From: Candidatus Bathyarchaeia archaeon
GTDB taxonomy: Archaea > Thermoproteota > Bathyarchaeia > Bathyarchaeales > Bathycorpusculaceae
Direction of reading: 5' to 3'
Length of the DNA: 64,000 nucleotides
Assembly (NCBI GenBank): GCA_049515895.1
Contig: JBEKTQ010000016.1
Span: 1-64,000 of the forward strand
The notes under the pieces are model-generated. The model was given only the letters and a program-made list of their open reading frames with translations. It was not told where the DNA came from and searched no databases. Numbering within the stretch: the stretch's first letter is position 1; each line of letters opens with the position of its first letter. This document shows, piece after piece, positions 60,955-64,000 of the stretch. The position numbers were made by a program, and so were the translations under genes.

Positions 60955-61260
60955 TTAGGATGGCAGATCCGGGAGAGACGGGGGAATATCAAGTTTCCAT
61001 CCTTCTCTCTGTTTCTGCTTAATCGTTTCCAATACCTCAGGTTGACTAACTGCGAAGCAGACATGCGCGCAGCTGCCACCGCTTCCAGGAAAAACAGGTG
61101 CCTCGAGACGCAAAAGACTGCTTGTTTTCGTCAGTGTAGTGTGGTCACAGAGACTGCAGAAGATTCCTCTCGGGGTGATCTGGACGTCGACGGGTCCTAA
61201 CTTGTCGTCCATTACTTTAACGACTAAACTCAAGCTTTTCTTCGCTGAGTGTTTCTTCAA
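60955..61260 (-). CDS. Small Zn-binding protein (CxxC...CxH)
   Basis: VQITPRGIFCSLCD...CAHVCFAVSQPEV. Confidence 0.6.
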   Translation of the reverse strand: MKKHSAKKSLSLVVKVMDDKLGPVDVQITPRGIFCSLCDHTTLTKTSSLLRLEAPVFPGSGGSCAHVCFAVSQPEVLETIKQKQREGWKLDIPPSLPDLPS

Positions 61261-61322
61261 CGATGTGCAGCTCCTCTGTCATATTGATAGATTTATGTAT
61301 AAAAGTTCTTGCAGAGCTGTCG

Positions 61323-62570
61323 CTACCGCCTTCTGCCCCCGAACACAAGCGCGATCAAAACGACGAGTAGCCAGGGCGCGAAGATGATAACCAGGATGAG
61401 AAGGCCGATGGTTGTGAGGATCCCGATGTTGACGGGGTTACTTAGCCAGGTGACGAGTCCGCTCAGGATCGTGTCTGTAGTTGTTTCTGGCGCAAACCTT
61501 CCAAATTGACTATTATCATTTTGGATGTTCTGAACCGTGTATTGGCCAATTACGAAAACTGTAACGTCAAAGTCAAAGGTAGCGACGTCGCCATGAGTAA
61601 CTGAACTTGTACCCAAATTCGTTGAGTCTGCGTAGCTTCCAAAATGGCTAAGGTCAATCGCGAAGTAAGTTGTGTTTAGGAAGTATTCTGGATTCAGTAC
61701 GTGTCCCTCATAGGTTTCAGGTACAACTTTGGGTATGTCTGTTGACCCAAACGGACTGTAATGCAGGTAGACAGTGGATTGCGCGGATTCAGGGTTTGTG
61801 CTTTCGTAGCTTCCGCCAATGGGAAGAGAAACCACGCTGCCGCTGCTGGTTCGCGCGTTAAACATCGCATTGTCGTCTAGCTGGATCGATGCGATCGCAA
61901 AATATGCTGTTCCGCCACCTTGAATATACCAACTTGGAGTTGTGTCAACCTTGAACCAGATCCACAGGTCGTTATACATGTTTTCGACATGTGTGATAAT
62001 CGGCCACTGAAGATAAATTGCTGGATTCTGTGCTGCGGTTGGCCATTCAGCGCTGAATGAAACATAGTATTTCATTTCGTATTGGGACATCGCAATCATT
62101 AGGGGGGTTCCGCTGCTGTCTGTCACGTTCCAATTGTAAGTTGCATCGGGGTTTGTTCCGGTCCACCCTGGAGCATAATTAAACAGATCATCATTCTGTA
62201 TCCAGGAAGTGGGGATAGATATTCCTGTAACGCCTGGAAAGCTCATGTGGGCTACTGACTGTGTGGGTTCAAAGACGCTTGTCATTTCTGCTTCGACTGT
62301 AGGTACTTTGATGGGGAATGCTGCAGTTGGGTTTATCACGTTTGGACTGTAGCTTAAGGTTGTTGTGGGGTTGAAGTAGGTTTTTCCGTTGTATTGTTCG
62401 CCATAGATGCTTATGTTTGGGGTAAATGCAGTTGGGTAACCGTCGCTGGAAACGACGGAAAGAGGTTGGAGATGGCTACTTCCCGGTGACAACGTTAGTG
62501 CGAGAGCGAAAATTCCAATTATGATGAAGATACCGTACATTCTGCCTTGGTTGGCTTTTGCTTTGTTCAT
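61323..62570 (-). CDS. Membrane-anchored exported protein, candidate virion spike/structural protein
   Basis: N-terminal signal/TM, about 340-aa beta-rich S/T/Y/N ectodomain, long C-terminal hydrophobic anchor ending GGRRR. Confidence 0.7.
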   Translation of the reverse strand: MNKAKANQGRMYGIFIIIGIFALALTLSPGSSHLQPLSVVSSDGYPTAFTPNISIYGEQYNGKTYFNPTTTLSYSPNVINPTAAFPIKVPTVEAEMTSVFEPTQSVAHMSFPGVTGISIPTSWIQNDDLFNYAPGWTGTNPDATYNWNVTDSSGTPLMIAMSQYEMKYYVSFSAEWPTAAQNPAIYLQWPIITHVENMYNDLWIWFKVDTTPSWYIQGGGTAYFAIASIQLDDNAMFNARTSSGSVVSLPIGGSYESTNPESAQSTVYLHYSPFGSTDIPKVVPETYEGHVLNPEYFLNTTYFAIDLSHFGSYADSTNLGTSSVTHGDVATFDFDVTVFVIGQYTVQNIQNDNSQFGRFAPETTTDTILSGLVTWLSNPVNIGILTTIGLLILVIIFAPWLLVVLIALVFGGRRR

Positions 62571-62647
62571 CTTATTCCTCTTGTTTTTCTTTGGTTTACT
62601 TCGTACCTGTGACTTTGGATGCTGCTACTTACGCTAAGACCGCTCGA

Positions 62648-62863
62648 TCATCCGGGACTCTTGAGATGTAGCGCGTGCTGGAGATCTGTCCGGATGATCT
62701 CGAGGCTTCTAATGACGTCTTCGATCGGTGTTTCTTCTGAGTAGAATACTACAGCTGCGCGGCCGGTGACTGCTGTAAGTTTGGGGCCAAGGACCTTGTA
62801 GATTCCCTTTGGGATGTAGGCCAGATGCTGCTCGGGATTTACTTTGACTGTGAACTCGGCCAA
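62648..62863 (-). CDS. Small AbrB/SpoVT-like protein
   Basis: FTVKVNPEQHLAYIPK..YKVLG swapped-hairpin-like pattern. Confidence 0.6.
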   Translation of the reverse strand: MAEFTVKVNPEQHLAYIPKGIYKVLGPKLTAVTGRAAVVFYSEETPIEDVIRSLEIIRTDLQHALHLKSPG

Positions 62864-62970
62864 TCTGATTCCTCACTTAAGAAAATATTAAGGTTAATGA
62901 GAATTTAATTATTGAAACGAGAAACCTGAAAATTTCGAGTTGGAAGGTTCAAAAGCGAAACAAAGAAGTG

Positions 62971-63837
62971 TTAAGTCATACCAATTTCGCTGCATTTGTG
63001 GTCGACGTCGAGATTTGGGAAGGACCCGCATCTTATTATCTTACGGCATTCCGGACAAAAAGCGTGTATCGCCTCTCCGTTTCTTGTGAGCTCCAGGTAC
63101 TTTGTCAGAACGTCTCCACTTAGCTGATTTAGAAACCTGGACTCAATATTGAATTTGAAGTACTGGAATACTACTCTTTGATCTTTTTCGCAAAGCCCCT
63201 TATACTTCCTCTCAATGAGTTCGTTCATAGCTTTTCTTTCGCTGCTTTCTTCAGAGTTGCGCGCCAGGTGTGTATTGAAATCTATAAGGATGGTTTTGCC
63301 GAATGCTTCTGGGTCAAAGGTGCCTTTAGCTAGACCGTCAAACAGTTGACGAAGGAAGTTTTCACCCATCAAAAAATGGAAGGTTGTTGAGTCTGTTGTC
63401 TCCTTCAGTATGCTCAATGAGAATTTCCAAATAGGGTTATCTTGTTGTGGCAGCGAGTCAAACGCTCGAGAGATCAAGTAAGGCCTACTCAGCAGTGCTC
63501 CAGCTAAGATCTGACCTTGGAAAGTCAATGAGTACATCAACTTGTCTGGGACGGGTCCCCTTTCGCTCTTAACAGTTCCCGTTACTTCAACAAACCCTTT
63601 TTTCTCAAGCTTACTGATTAATGGATAGACGATGGAAGACGACAGCTGCGTTAACTGGTCTGTCCTACGCATGATTTGATTCCTCGACAGAGGCTTGTTT
63701 TCATTAACCATCTTCGTGAGAATGCGGCCAAGATTGCCTACCGTTTTCTTGTCGATTCTTTCTCCAAAAATTTGGGTGAGATGTTTCTGCAGAAACCTTG
63801 TGTTGCCGTTCCTTTGTTGCGTTTTTGAAGCCTCCAT
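62971..63837 (-). CDS. wHTH regulator with C-terminal Zn finger
   Basis: IVYPLISKLEKKGFVE...YSLTFQG; CPEC...C...HKC. Confidence 0.75.
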   Translation of the reverse strand: MEASKTQQRNGNTRFLQKHLTQIFGERIDKKTVGNLGRILTKMVNENKPLSRNQIMRRTDQLTQLSSSIVYPLISKLEKKGFVEVTGTVKSERGPVPDKLMYSLTFQGQILAGALLSRPYLISRAFDSLPQQDNPIWKFSLSILKETTDSTTFHFLMGENFLRQLFDGLAKGTFDPEAFGKTILIDFNTHLARNSEESSERKAMNELIERKYKGLCEKDQRVVFQYFKFNIESRFLNQLSGDVLTKYLELTRNGEAIHAFCPECRKIIRCGSFPNLDVDHKCSEIGMT

Positions 63838-63853
63838 TTCGAAATTTTCGAAA
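63837..63853. promoter_or_regulatory. Operator-like palindrome touching the wHTH start codon
   Basis: TTTCGAAA-T-TTTCGAAA. Confidence 0.55.
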
Positions 63854-63915
63854 CTTTCAGTTAAACCGTTAAGTTCTCTATGAGTATTTAAGACTATCTA
63901 ACAGAGGTTAGACAC

Positions 63916-64000
63916 TTGGAAAACAATTACGACCAAAAAATCATCCAGTTCTTAGAAACCGCGGAAAACCCCATGGACATAGAGAAGATCCGAATCGAAG
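63916..64000 (+). CDS. Partial small wHTH-like protein, divergent from 62971-63837
   Basis: TTG-ENNYDQKIIQFLETAENPMDIEKIRIE, open to the window end; GAGGT upstream. Confidence 0.55.
   Translation, partial: MENNYDQKIIQFLETAENPMDIEKIRIE

Larger units (their letters stand above)
53889..64000. mobile_element. Integrated provirus/plasmid-like element, right end outside the window
   Basis: tRNA fragment directly followed by an integrase; three tyrosine recombinases; short RHH/AbrB/wHTH/Zn-finger genes; looks more GC-rich than the glycan locus. Confidence 0.85.

Overview
Archaeal genomic DNA. Bathyarchaeia is the likely source, inferred from the gene families (DUF1616 membrane proteins, HTH_45-type winged helices, flippase style), a tRNA without encoded CCA, and TATA-type promoters. 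There are two parts. (1) About 1-50 kb is a surface-glycan/exopolysaccharide locus. It holds a Wzx-type flippase, GT2/GT4 and GT-B-like glycosyltransferases, nine apparently intact SAM methyltransferases, three GNAT/FemAB-like and two hexapeptide acyltransferases, a pyruvyltransferase, two deacetylases, an APH-like kinase and Pro/Thr-linker secreted proteins. It also contains a comA-comB-ATP-grasp operon, which suggests an undescribed sulfolactate decoration of the glycan. Many intergenic spacers are decayed copies of glycan genes, several of them paralogous to intact genes in the window. (2) After hsp20, a 10-bp-phased GTTGAC array, a YihY gene and tRNA-Ile(GAU), an orphan tRNA 5' fragment at 53889 marks the probable left end of an integrated virus-like element that runs off the window. 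The element encodes three distinct tyrosine recombinases, two divergent regulator pairs with operator-like palindromes, two HEXXH proteins, a membrane-anchored spike-like protein, and a cluster of recombination-site-like palindromes including a perfect 22-mer. All family calls come from motif recognition by eye; no database searches were run.
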